From a virus, in the IMG/VR virus record IMGVR_UViG_3300034105_004543, positions 1 through 64,000 of that record: DNA of 64,000 nt. One strand, given 5' to 3'. Below are positions 49,487-58,763 of the stretch, in pieces; the stretch's first letter is position 1, and each line of letters starts with the position of its first letter. Made by a program: the position numbers and the translations under genes. The notes under the pieces were generated by a model. It made no database searches. It saw only the letters and a program-made list of their open reading frames with translations, and was not told where the DNA came from.

Positions 49487-50140
49487 ATGACAAGAATAGT
49501 TAAAAATTTCGATTCTTTCTCAAGAGAGGAGCAAATCCATGAAGATTTTGATATTATGGGATTACTAGGTAAAACTGTAGGATATCTGGGCGATGGATTT
49601 ATCGATACAATAAAACAAAAATTTACTGCTAGACTATTAGAAAGATTAGGGATAAAGGAAGATTCATTAGCTTCTGAATTTGTTCAGCAGGTTGTTTCCA
49701 GCATAGATATGAAGGAATGGCCAGGGATACTTAGCGGTGATAATGATAATATGAAATTCTTCATACCTAAAATTGCAGAGGCTATACAATTCACATTAGA
49801 AAGGAAGGGATTCGAAGGGATAACAAGTACTTTAGGTTTAGAACCTAATGGTATGATAATGAGAACTATAGTAAATACTCTACAGGATAAAGGAACAGGT
49901 AAAGCTAAAATTGAAAAATTTCTTTTTGAATTACTGGGCGATGGTAATATTGCATCTGAAACAGTAGCATCCCTGGATGATAAGGATAAAGAAAAGTTTA
50001 CAAGTGCACTCACAAAAGTAGCTAGTAAAAAAGTAAACTATAAACCAGGAACAACCGATTCCAGTACTGATGGCGAATCATTTCTTGGAAATATAATGGG
50101 TGGTTTGCTTGGAGGTAACGGAGCAGCAGCAACAGTATAA
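49487..50140 (+). CDS. Hypothetical late protein
   Basis: ATG 49487 downstream of GATATATA; VKNFDSF..IHE leader. Confidence 0.6.
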   Translation: MTRIVKNFDSFSREEQIHEDFDIMGLLGKTVGYLGDGFIDTIKQKFTARLLERLGIKEDSLASEFVQQVVSSIDMKEWPGILSGDNDNMKFFIPKIAEAIQFTLERKGFEGITSTLGLEPNGMIMRTIVNTLQDKGTGKAKIEKFLFELLGDGNIASETVASLDDKDKEKFTSALTKVASKKVNYKPGTTDSSTDGESFLGNIMGGLLGGNGAAATV

Positions 50141-50155
50141 AAATAAAGACCAGTA

Positions 50156-50491
50156 ATGAATCAAAAAGATGTAAGCAAAAGGGATATATTAGATTTTGAA
50201 AAATTTCTAACAAAAGTACATGATGATAAGTATAAGCCATTTGCTCCGATAAATCAGGAGGATAGAAGTGATGCTAGTGGGTTATCAAAAATAAAAAGGG
50301 AGGCAAGATATGATTTCGTCGGTTATGCTGATGCAGTTTTTGCACATGATTCAAAAATAGATGTACCTGGATATAGAGTTGATGCTGGAGGAAAGTCAGG
50401 AATGGCTGATGCTGGTGCTTTTGGTACAGCTTTTAATGCCAGTGAATCTGAAAACAATGACGTATTTATTAAGAGATTATCCGATTTTTAA
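50156..50491 (+). CDS. Small hypothetical protein
   Basis: ILDFEKF and FIKRLSDF motifs. Confidence 0.55.
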   Translation: MNQKDVSKRDILDFEKFLTKVHDDKYKPFAPINQEDRSDASGLSKIKREARYDFVGYADAVFAHDSKIDVPGYRVDAGGKSGMADAGAFGTAFNASESENNDVFIKRLSDF

Positions 50492-50508
50492 TTAATAATA
50501 CACACCAT

Positions 50509-50540
50509 AATAAAAAAGGAGCATTATGCTCCTTTTTTAT
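50509..50540. terminator. Bidirectional terminator between convergent genes
   Basis: ATAAAAAAGGAGCA-tta-TGCTCCTTTTTTAT. Confidence 0.88.
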
Positions 50541-51265
50541 TATGTAATAGTTTCTATGAATCTTTCTTTTGCCAATTTATATATATCCGAATTTTCATCG
50601 AAGTCCTCATATATTTCTATTACATATAATTCCGGTGATACGTTTTTTTCTATTGAGAATGCATCTAATATTTCATGGTATATGAACTCGTAATTCATAG
50701 AATACCTAGAATTTTTTAGTATTATTTTTTTCAGTACACATATTTTTTTATTGCCATTCTCCGTTTTTAAAGTTACTCCTCCTTGCCAATAATATGGTAT
50801 GATCTTATCATTCACCATATTTCTTATTATTAATATACCAGAATTAACTGGATCTTCCTTTTCTAGATTAAATTTTGATTGTACTTTGAATATTTTAATT
50901 TTCGATTCCTCGTTCTTTAACATATCTAGGAATATTTCTGAGTATTCATATAGTGTTTCTAGTGAGGATTCTATTATCATCAATATGGATTCTTTTTTCT
51001 CCCGATCAAGATTAGCAAAATTAAAATTTTTAAGGTAACTTTTTTCACTATCTGTCAACTGTGAAATTATAGTTTCCCCTATTTTATTATTCTTTTTAAA
51101 TTCGTTTAAAGACTTGATTATTTTCGAAACAGCCCTTAATATTGGATAGCAATTTTTAGAATTTATATTTTTACTTATGGATTTCAAGTAATCCAATAGA
51201 ACATATTCTTTATGCTCTGGGTCTATTGGTTCTTTAATGAACCAGATGGTGCTTAGGTTTTTCAT
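50540..51265 (-). CDS. Hypothetical protein
   Basis: 241-aa reverse-strand ORF ending at the bidirectional terminator. Confidence 0.7.
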   Translation of the reverse strand: MKNLSTIWFIKEPIDPEHKEYVLLDYLKSISKNINSKNCYPILRAVSKIIKSLNEFKKNNKIGETIISQLTDSEKSYLKNFNFANLDREKKESILMIIESSLETLYEYSEIFLDMLKNEESKIKIFKVQSKFNLEKEDPVNSGILIIRNMVNDKIIPYYWQGGVTLKTENGNKKICVLKKIILKNSRYSMNYEFIYHEILDAFSIEKNVSPELYVIEIYEDFDENSDIYKLAKERFIETIT

Positions 51266-51349
51266 CTTTAACTTTTAGAAGTTTGATCTGTTTATATATT
51301 TACACCATAAATTTTTTAAAATTGATATATACTTTAAAAATTTATATCA

Positions 51350-51796
51350 ATGAAAAAAATAAACGAGGGAAGGATCTATGATTATTCAGCTTTTACTGAT
51401 AGTAAGAAACCAACTAATACCAGTGATTACACATTTGGGATGGAATTGGGATATACCGATATCGACATATATAATAGACCGGAAGAATATGATAACATTT
51501 CTGATGCTAAGATTTTTATAGATTATTCAGTTAACCTTATAATAAAAAAATCCGGTATAGACAGCATAGATATGGTTGTTAATTCAATGGAGCTCGATTT
51601 TGAAATTGATGATTATCCCAACGATACTAGAGAATTCGATATTGATCTCATCCCAGGCAGAACAATAGATTATAATCAAATATCCATTGATAAAGGGGAA
51701 GTTCTTATACCATCCTATCCTAAAGAAGTAAAAATTGATATGGGAAAATCAACAGATGCTAAAAATTTTAAAATAAATGTGATTTTTGGATCATAA
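51350..51796 (+). CDS. Hypothetical late protein
   Basis: GATATATA at 51324; MKKINEG leader. Confidence 0.6.
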   Translation: MKKINEGRIYDYSAFTDSKKPTNTSDYTFGMELGYTDIDIYNRPEEYDNISDAKIFIDYSVNLIIKKSGIDSIDMVVNSMELDFEIDDYPNDTREFDIDLIPGRTIDYNQISIDKGEVLIPSYPKEVKIDMGKSTDAKNFKINVIFGS

Positions 51797-51808
51797 TTAA
51801 AGAAATAT

Positions 51809-52771
51809 ATGAAGATTTTAAACTTTAAAAATTTTATATTGAATGAAGCAACCTCCCAGATATATGATGAAATTAGCGGGGTTAATTCCATGTCTGATAA
51901 TGGGTACGAATTAGAAGCTGAGAAATTTGATAATGAAAATCATACTGCACCATTTGGAAAGATTCTTCTAACCAAGAATTTAGCAAATAATATAAGATTG
52001 TCTTTTAATAATTATAAAGGTAAAAAAATTAGTGATTTGTGGATACCTAAAGACCATTGCGATGTTAGTGATATTAATGACGATACCACTAAAATAACAA
52101 TACCAGGAAATAGTGCATGGCTAGAAATTGATGATAATAGATCCAAAGTAGAGGATTTTATAGAGGATCTTTATAATAGTAAGATGAGAGAAAAATTATA
52201 TTCCGGTGATTTAGTTGACACCATAAGGGACGACATATATTTCATAATGAATATAATTGGGATACCGTGTGAGGTTATCGATGTTAAAAAATTAGACGGT
52301 GATAATGAATATGAGGTTATTCTCGATAATGGAATTTCAATAGATGTTAATAAAAAATCATCTGAACAGTTAATAGGAAGCTTTAAAATGTATAAAAATA
52401 ATGGTGAATCATCACCATCGGTTGAAATAAAGAGCAAAAACGGGAAACATAACTTTTATTTTTATAATGAAGATCTACCAAATCTGGATGACGAATCGGA
52501 TCTATCCGATGTAAAAAAGAATCATAGACTTTATTACCTATTAAAAAAGTCATTAGGTGTGGACGATAATGATGATAGAGAAAATTTTTATAAATATTTT
52601 GAAGAAAAATTAGGTAATTTTAAAGACGAAAATGACACTAATCTAAGTCCAGAGATGAAAAAATCTAGGATTGATGATGGAAAAAAATTGAAGGATCTTA
52701 AAAATATAGCAAATACGTTTAAGAACGAGGACGAAATAAGAAAAATATTTCCAAAAAACTTAGTAAATTAA
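51809..52771 (+). CDS. Hypothetical protein with capsid-targeting-like leader
   Basis: MKILNFKNFILNEA. Confidence 0.6.
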   Translation: MKILNFKNFILNEATSQIYDEISGVNSMSDNGYELEAEKFDNENHTAPFGKILLTKNLANNIRLSFNNYKGKKISDLWIPKDHCDVSDINDDTTKITIPGNSAWLEIDDNRSKVEDFIEDLYNSKMREKLYSGDLVDTIRDDIYFIMNIIGIPCEVIDVKKLDGDNEYEVILDNGISIDVNKKSSEQLIGSFKMYKNNGESSPSVEIKSKNGKHNFYFYNEDLPNLDDESDLSDVKKNHRLYYLLKKSLGVDDNDDRENFYKYFEEKLGNFKDENDTNLSPEMKKSRIDDGKKLKDLKNIANTFKNEDEIRKIFPKNLVN

Positions 52772-52875
52772 TACTAAAATAACGAAACAAAACTCCATTA
52801 TATAATCTACAATGTTTATGCAATGGAGTTTTTGTATACAAAGGATCCTAAATTGAAAAAAGAAAAATAAATAAA

Positions 52876-53532
52876 ATGGTATTTAGTATTAAAAATCTTT
52901 TTTCGTCAAAAAATAAAAAACAGAAAAGAATGAATTTAGCTGAAATTAAAACTGTGGATGAAATAAGAGCCATATATGGTAATATGGAATTTCAATGGAT
53001 TAAAGGTGATAATATGGGATCGATTGAATCTTATAAGAATGTTACCTCAATCGGTGAAGATTATTTTATTGAATTTACCAGTGGAAAAAGGATGAACATT
53101 AATCTGTTAGATGAGTTTTTAATGTATTATCCAGCTCCGCCTAAGCAAGATTTAGGTCTAAGAGCCGAATTTACTGAGGTTATGAGTAAGCCATCCAGTG
53201 TAACATCAATAGTATACAGTGATGCTTATCCTATAAACCAATCTGAAGAATCACCGATATATAAGTTACTTAGAAAGCAGAAAAAAAATTCAGTAGAGGT
53301 TTCAATAAAGCTCAAATTGAATTTACCATCAAAGGAACTTTATAGTGTTTTGTCTAGCTCTTTCGATGATGCAGAGAAGGATATAATAGATTTTGTTCTT
53401 TCCGGTGTTGATATAGAAGATATAAAAGCATCACTTGCTGATTCGATAAGACAATCATATTATGTTTCCGAAAAAAAAGAAACAACAAAATCGGGAAAAA
53501 ATCAGTTGAATAAAAAAGAAGACGATGAATAA
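52876..53532 (+). CDS. Hypothetical protein
   Basis: 218-aa ORF behind an ECF-like promoter. Confidence 0.6.
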   Translation: MVFSIKNLFSSKNKKQKRMNLAEIKTVDEIRAIYGNMEFQWIKGDNMGSIESYKNVTSIGEDYFIEFTSGKRMNINLLDEFLMYYPAPPKQDLGLRAEFTEVMSKPSSVTSIVYSDAYPINQSEESPIYKLLRKQKKNSVEVSIKLKLNLPSKELYSVLSSSFDDAEKDIIDFVLSGVDIEDIKASLADSIRQSYYVSEKKETTKSGKNQLNKKEDDE

Positions 53533-54112
53533 AAAAGAAAAAATACTATTAGAAACACCAAAATTTAAGGTTGTTGAGAGGAATGAAAAACCTGGTGTAG
53601 TATCGAGCGTTGAAACGGTTATGATACTGCCGTTTATAAGTGATGATCAGGGACTTCCGCTAATGATCGGTGTTCTCAAGGAAGAGAATCTTTTTAGGGA
53701 GGGCGGTAATTCTCAAAGCTTAATAACAGGAACCTGCGAGGATGAGGATCCAGATTATTTGGCAACAGCAAAAAGAGAATTATTAGAGGAATCTGGGTAT
53801 GATGTTGCTGATAGTAATAAGTGGTATTTTTTAGGAACAGTATCCGGAAATAAATTTGTCGACAAGGAATATCCTGCTTTTGCTGTTGATGTTACTGGAA
53901 TAGAAAAGGGTAAAGCCAAGGGTGATGGATCTAAACAAGAAAAGAATGCAGTCTTTCATTTTATACCAGCGAATGATGTTGTGAAAGCAAGGGATATATT
54001 TATACCTGGTCTTTTTCTAAAATTGTTTAAATTTGTAGTTGGTATGGATTTATATAACAGAGAAGATTCAGTTTTTGGTAAACCCAGTGGATTTAGTGAG
54101 GTTGAACTTTAG
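53525..54112 (+). CDS. NUDIX hydrolase
   Basis: GTCEDEDPDYLATAKRELLEESGY Nudix box. Confidence 0.85.
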   Translation: MNKKEKILLETPKFKVVERNEKPGVVSSVETVMILPFISDDQGLPLMIGVLKEENLFREGGNSQSLITGTCEDEDPDYLATAKRELLEESGYDVADSNKWYFLGTVSGNKFVDKEYPAFAVDVTGIEKGKAKGDGSKQEKNAVFHFIPANDVVKARDIFIPGLFLKLFKFVVGMDLYNREDSVFGKPSGFSEVEL

Positions 54113-54124
54113 CATTTAATTTTT

Positions 54125-54415
54125 ATGAGCAACAGAAAAGAAAGAAGACATATTTTAAGATCTATGGGACTTTTGAATGTATCTAAAAATGATCCATTTA
54201 ATAATAAGCTTAAACTCGAGGAGGGTAAGAATAAACATAGAATACATTTACAGAGAATTAAAAACGAACAAATAAAGAAGGAAAATAGAGGAGATTCGAG
54301 TGATGATTTCTTTATATATAGACAGCAGGAATCCGAATATTCTTCATTTCGATCCATGTTGATCGAAAGAGATTGGAATAACCTGGAATCAAATGATGAT
54401 AATGCAGGAAATTAA
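54125..54415 (+). CDS. Small basic hypothetical protein
   Basis: MSNRKERR start; operonic spacing. Confidence 0.5.
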   Translation: MSNRKERRHILRSMGLLNVSKNDPFNNKLKLEEGKNKHRIHLQRIKNEQIKKENRGDSSDDFFIYRQQESEYSSFRSMLIERDWNNLESNDDNAGN

Positions 54416-54728
54416 AGTAAATTTTTATTTATCAAAATATTCACCAAAGGAAGCCAAGAAAAGATCCACCATCGGATCTGATTTTTATGTTGTTGATATA
54501 TCAAAAATTATAAGGGATCTTGGCTATGAACTTGATAATCTTACCAGTGAATCAGAGTTCGTGATAAACTACACTATTCGAAAGAAAATACTACAAGGAA
54601 TATATAGTACAAAGTGTGATGGTATACTTGTGTGCTATAAGAATATAAATCAGGATTTTATAGAGAATCTTGAGAATCTACTAGACGAACACCCAGAAGA
54701 AATACAGTATACCATTCACGATCTTTAA
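54393..54728 (+). CDS. Hypothetical protein
   Basis: Overlapping operonic ORF; exact start uncertain. Confidence 0.5.
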   Translation: MMIMQEIKVNFYLSKYSPKEAKKRSTIGSDFYVVDISKIIRDLGYELDNLTSESEFVINYTIRKKILQGIYSTKCDGILVCYKNINQDFIENLENLLDEHPEEIQYTIHDL

Positions 54729-54744
54729 AAAAGATTAGTGATAT

Positions 54745-56595
54745 ATGAATCCAATATTTAACAGCGGAGCTAGCGCTCCTTCTCTAGAGGAATTAAGAGG
54801 TAAGGGTGTAGTAAATGACATTGTACAAAAATGGAGTAATTTAGGTTCCGGCAATATATTTAAGGGTCCTACCGCAAGGACCCTTTTCTACGAGGCGGGA
54901 AAGAGAAAACCCGGTAAATATGGACAATTTCTATTTTATTCGCTGGGAAATCACGAGAACAACTTTATTGATGCCTATTATAGATCTGAAAATAGACAAT
55001 ATAATAGATCAATATCTTCGAAAAAATCCAAAAATCCATCTGCTGGTTTTCTAGTAAGAGAAACCTCTGCTCTTGAAGCTGTGTCTGTCAATTGTAATAG
55101 TATATTTAGCGGATTCACAACAAATTTCGAAAAAAACATAGTTGGTGGCATGGCAGCTCCGTATTACTGGAAGGATTTCCTTTTCTGTAAGTATTATGCA
55201 ACAATACCGAATAACTATATGCTAACATTAAGAAGATTCCCAACACCAGTTCTCGATAATCTTTCTGTTCCAGCCGCTCTTAAATCATCATCAGCTTATA
55301 ATGCGGAGGGTGTAGGTAGACCTGTTGCGCAAGCTGTAACTTGGTTTGGTGGTAATACCGGTAATAAATTAAATGATATTATTCAATTTAGTACTGGTAT
55401 AAAATGGAAATCAAAGGAACAGTCAGCTGAAGTTATACAGCAAGCTATGTCCCAGGGTTTTCTAGATGATACCAGTAGAATTTTTGGAGATATTTTTGGT
55501 GGTCTTGGTGATGGCGCTGAAATAAGAAATACTAAAGCACTTCTTAATGCAGCTGTCATAGCGTCTGATCCAAATAATACTAGTGTTGCTAATACTAAGT
55601 TTATGAAGTTTAGAGATTTGATGAAGAATGGTGAGAAAAATGCTGGTCTTCTTAGTGAATACATATGGACATCCGTAGATGTAGTAAACAAAACTAATAT
55701 TAGGGATATTGGTCTACCGTTCACCTGGGGAGCTGGAGACGGTATAACGGTTACTTTTGAATATGATCTAACTTCAGTTGGAGAGGTAAACACAAAAGCT
55801 TCCATGCTGGATATAATAGGTAATCTATTAAGTATTGGAACAAATTACGGATCTTTTTTAACCCCCGATTTTAGATACAATTCTAATTTTCCAGCTTTTG
55901 GTTTTCCTGGTGGTAGCAGAGGACTTGAAATGTTCTATAGAGACCCAATACAATTTGTTCTTGATTATGCAGAAGAGCTAGTAAATCCAGCATCCAGCGC
56001 CAAGACATCAGCTGATATTAATAAAGGTTCCTTTGGCGATAATAACGATATATCTAAATTAAAGAATGCTCTCGAAACTGTTACCAAAAACAACGGGAAT
56101 CCTGCTGCCGCTATAGAGGCTATAAAAAAAGAATTTGGCGGAGCTGCTGGGAGATTATTACAAACTACATTTACGCCAGGATTTTTTGAACAATATCAAT
56201 TTCCTGCCAGTTTGTTGACGGGAGCTCCTATTGGTGAATGGCATCTTGTTGTTGGTAATCCATGTAACCCTATAGCAATGATAGGTAATCTTATATGCGA
56301 AAAAGTGAAAATAGATTTTGGCGAAGCATTGGGACCCGATGATTTTCCAACCTCAGTTAAAGCAGTATTCAGCTTGAAACACGGTAGGGATAGGGAAAGA
56401 GGTGAGATAGAGAGTATATTTAATAGAGGTGACGGTAGATTATATCAATCATCTATGCCGACAACAGCCAATGCACAGTCTTACGATGCTATTTCAACGG
56501 TTGACGGAAGAACATTAAAAAATGCAGTGTCCGACATTTTCGATCAGAGAGCATATGGTGGATTCTCTAGTGATCAAACATCTCCAGGTAGATAA
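54745..56595 (+). CDS. Probable baseplate/tail-tube initiator protein
   Basis: First gene of the baseplate cluster; C-terminal IGNLICEKVKIDF..DDFPTSVKAVFSL resembles tube-fold baseplate proteins. Confidence 0.45.
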   Translation: MNPIFNSGASAPSLEELRGKGVVNDIVQKWSNLGSGNIFKGPTARTLFYEAGKRKPGKYGQFLFYSLGNHENNFIDAYYRSENRQYNRSISSKKSKNPSAGFLVRETSALEAVSVNCNSIFSGFTTNFEKNIVGGMAAPYYWKDFLFCKYYATIPNNYMLTLRRFPTPVLDNLSVPAALKSSSAYNAEGVGRPVAQAVTWFGGNTGNKLNDIIQFSTGIKWKSKEQSAEVIQQAMSQGFLDDTSRIFGDIFGGLGDGAEIRNTKALLNAAVIASDPNNTSVANTKFMKFRDLMKNGEKNAGLLSEYIWTSVDVVNKTNIRDIGLPFTWGAGDGITVTFEYDLTSVGEVNTKASMLDIIGNLLSIGTNYGSFLTPDFRYNSNFPAFGFPGGSRGLEMFYRDPIQFVLDYAEELVNPASSAKTSADINKGSFGDNNDISKLKNALETVTKNNGNPAAAIEAIKKEFGGAAGRLLQTTFTPGFFEQYQFPASLLTGAPIGEWHLVVGNPCNPIAMIGNLICEKVKIDFGEALGPDDFPTSVKAVFSLKHGRDRERGEIESIFNRGDGRLYQSSMPTTANAQSYDAISTVDGRTLKNAVSDIFDQRAYGGFSSDQTSPGR

Positions 56596-56610
56596 AAATA
56601 AAATATTTAT

Positions 56611-57204
56611 ATGTCAAGTTTTCTTATAGATACAATAGCAAAAAATAAAAGCGTGTTCAATCCGAATCCAATGCAAGATGCAAATTCTTATGGAATATGG
56701 AACCTTACTGAGGCATCTGTTAATTATGCTGGTGGTATGAGTCTGGATGATTTTTTTGTTGTTACTGAGTATTATCAGATGAGACCTGATCTTGTTGCTG
56801 CAATAAAATACGGTGATCATGGTAAAGTTGGATCGTTACTTAAATTTAATGGTATAAGTAATCCATTTGCCATCAGGGAGGGAAATGTTCTTCTTATACC
56901 GAATCCAAAATCCATCGATGATTCATTTAATACCAGAAAAATATTAAGCCAATCTCAAGCTCAAGCAGATAATAATACAAATACTAATCAGAATACAGTG
57001 TTTAAGAAAAATCAGGAAAGCAAGAAATTTAAGGTTAGCGATGCTAGAAGAAAATTTCTTGAACAGAAAGTTAAAAATCAACCAAATATTGTTTTACCTC
57101 CTAATGTATTGCAACCAGACGAGAAAACAATAATGAAGAAGGATGGATTCTTGGTATTTGCACCTAGTGCAGGCGGGGGAGGATTTAATAAACCTACCAA
57201 TTAA
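56611..57204 (+). CDS. Baseplate wedge protein (gp53/LysM-like)
   Basis: RPDLVAAIKYGD..LLKFNGISNPFAIREGNVLLIP. Confidence 0.75.
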   Translation: MSSFLIDTIAKNKSVFNPNPMQDANSYGIWNLTEASVNYAGGMSLDDFFVVTEYYQMRPDLVAAIKYGDHGKVGSLLKFNGISNPFAIREGNVLLIPNPKSIDDSFNTRKILSQSQAQADNNTNTNQNTVFKKNQESKKFKVSDARRKFLEQKVKNQPNIVLPPNVLQPDEKTIMKKDGFLVFAPSAGGGGFNKPTN

Positions 57205-57206
57205 TA

Positions 57207-58748
57207 ATGACGGAAAAGGATATAAAAATAAATTCTATAGCTCTCAATAACATCAAACTTGATGAGATGATTATGGTTGATAATGCGGATGGTTCGGAAG
57301 ATCCTAATATTAAGAGGGAAACTAATTCCTCCGCAGAAAAAGCTACTGGTCTAAATTCTCCATTTGTTGTTATTAACGGATATAGCGTTTCCAGATACAT
57401 GCGAAATTTCAGCTTGGACCTTTGCGGATTTATCCCAGTTATAAAATTTACTTTTGCCGCAGCGGATACTATATTTATGTCAGTAAATTATCCCAAGGAT
57501 GGTGATATAGTTTCTGTTTATATAAGATCAGCAGACAATTATTATAAACCATTTAGAATGGATTTTTTAATACTTAGTGTGCTAGGTGACGTTTCCAGTG
57601 CATATTCGGAGAGAGGAACAGATCCGGAGGGTGAATATTTTAGATTTAGTATTGTTGCTGAATGCTATATTCCTGGTTTATATAAGCAGAGAATAAAAGC
57701 ATTTCCTAATATTCCTTCGATTGATGCTTTGTTAGAGGTGTCACAGGAACTGAATTTAGGATTCTCTACCAACGACAAATCCACTAATGATATAATGTCA
57801 TGGATCTGTCCTAATTATTCATACTATGACTTTATACAGGAAGTTTCAATTAGGGCATATAAGGATGATGAAACAAGTTTTTATGATTGCTGGATAGATT
57901 CTTATTATAACTTGAATTTTGTAAATTTAGGCTCACAATTTTCTTTTGAAGGTATATCTAAAGAAACAGCTTATTTTACTCCTGGGTATACGCCTGATGG
58001 AATAAAGGTTGATGCTGCTGTTCCCGGAACACCAGCTCCAAAAACAGAAGCTGTTCCATTGGTTCTAACAAACTTTGCTGGTTCCAATATAACCCCATTT
58101 TTTATAAATGGTTATACATTAACATCCAGAGCCGGTAATAATTCAAATTCTATGGGTTATGTAACTAATATAGGATTCTATGATGATATAGATCAGAAGG
58201 TTGATCCGAAAGAAAAATATGTAAAATATAATATCGAGTCATTAACGACCGATGTAGTTTCCACCGGTATAATGTTACAAAAAGGTAGGGTTAGAAGTTC
58301 GGATTATAAGGAAGAAACAAGATCAGAGTGGTTAGGTGTCCTTAATAGATTTTCAGATGGCTCTGGTGTACATCAAAATTATTTGCATTCAAAATTTCAG
58401 AATTTAATAAATATTAATGATGTAACAAAAATAACATTAGAAGTTGAGATTTCGACATATTATCCGGGTATAATAAGGGGACAAGTTATACCAGTTTCTA
58501 TATATGTTACCAAATCTGGTAATAGACAACAGAACGTTGGACAGGTTCCAAATAATAAACCAAACAACACAAGTACACCAACTCTGGATTCGTTCCTTTC
58601 CGGTAATTATGTTGTTATGGGAATGGAAGTTACCTGGTCATCCACAGGTAAGATGCGGGAAAAATTGATATTATCTAAGAGAACATGGCAGGCTAATTCG
58701 TCTGGTCCGGTTCAAAGATCTTTCCCTAATAATATAGTGAATAAATAA
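57207..58748 (+). CDS. Probable baseplate hub protein (gp27-like)
   Basis: C-terminal FLSGNYVVMGMEV motif and position between the gp53-like and gp5-like genes. Confidence 0.5.
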   Translation: MTEKDIKINSIALNNIKLDEMIMVDNADGSEDPNIKRETNSSAEKATGLNSPFVVINGYSVSRYMRNFSLDLCGFIPVIKFTFAAADTIFMSVNYPKDGDIVSVYIRSADNYYKPFRMDFLILSVLGDVSSAYSERGTDPEGEYFRFSIVAECYIPGLYKQRIKAFPNIPSIDALLEVSQELNLGFSTNDKSTNDIMSWICPNYSYYDFIQEVSIRAYKDDETSFYDCWIDSYYNLNFVNLGSQFSFEGISKETAYFTPGYTPDGIKVDAAVPGTPAPKTEAVPLVLTNFAGSNITPFFINGYTLTSRAGNNSNSMGYVTNIGFYDDIDQKVDPKEKYVKYNIESLTTDVVSTGIMLQKGRVRSSDYKEETRSEWLGVLNRFSDGSGVHQNYLHSKFQNLININDVTKITLEVEISTYYPGIIRGQVIPVSIYVTKSGNRQQNVGQVPNNKPNNTSTPTLDSFLSGNYVVMGMEVTWSSTGKMREKLILSKRTWQANSSGPVQRSFPNNIVNK

Positions 58749-58763
58749 AATAATTGAAAGCCA

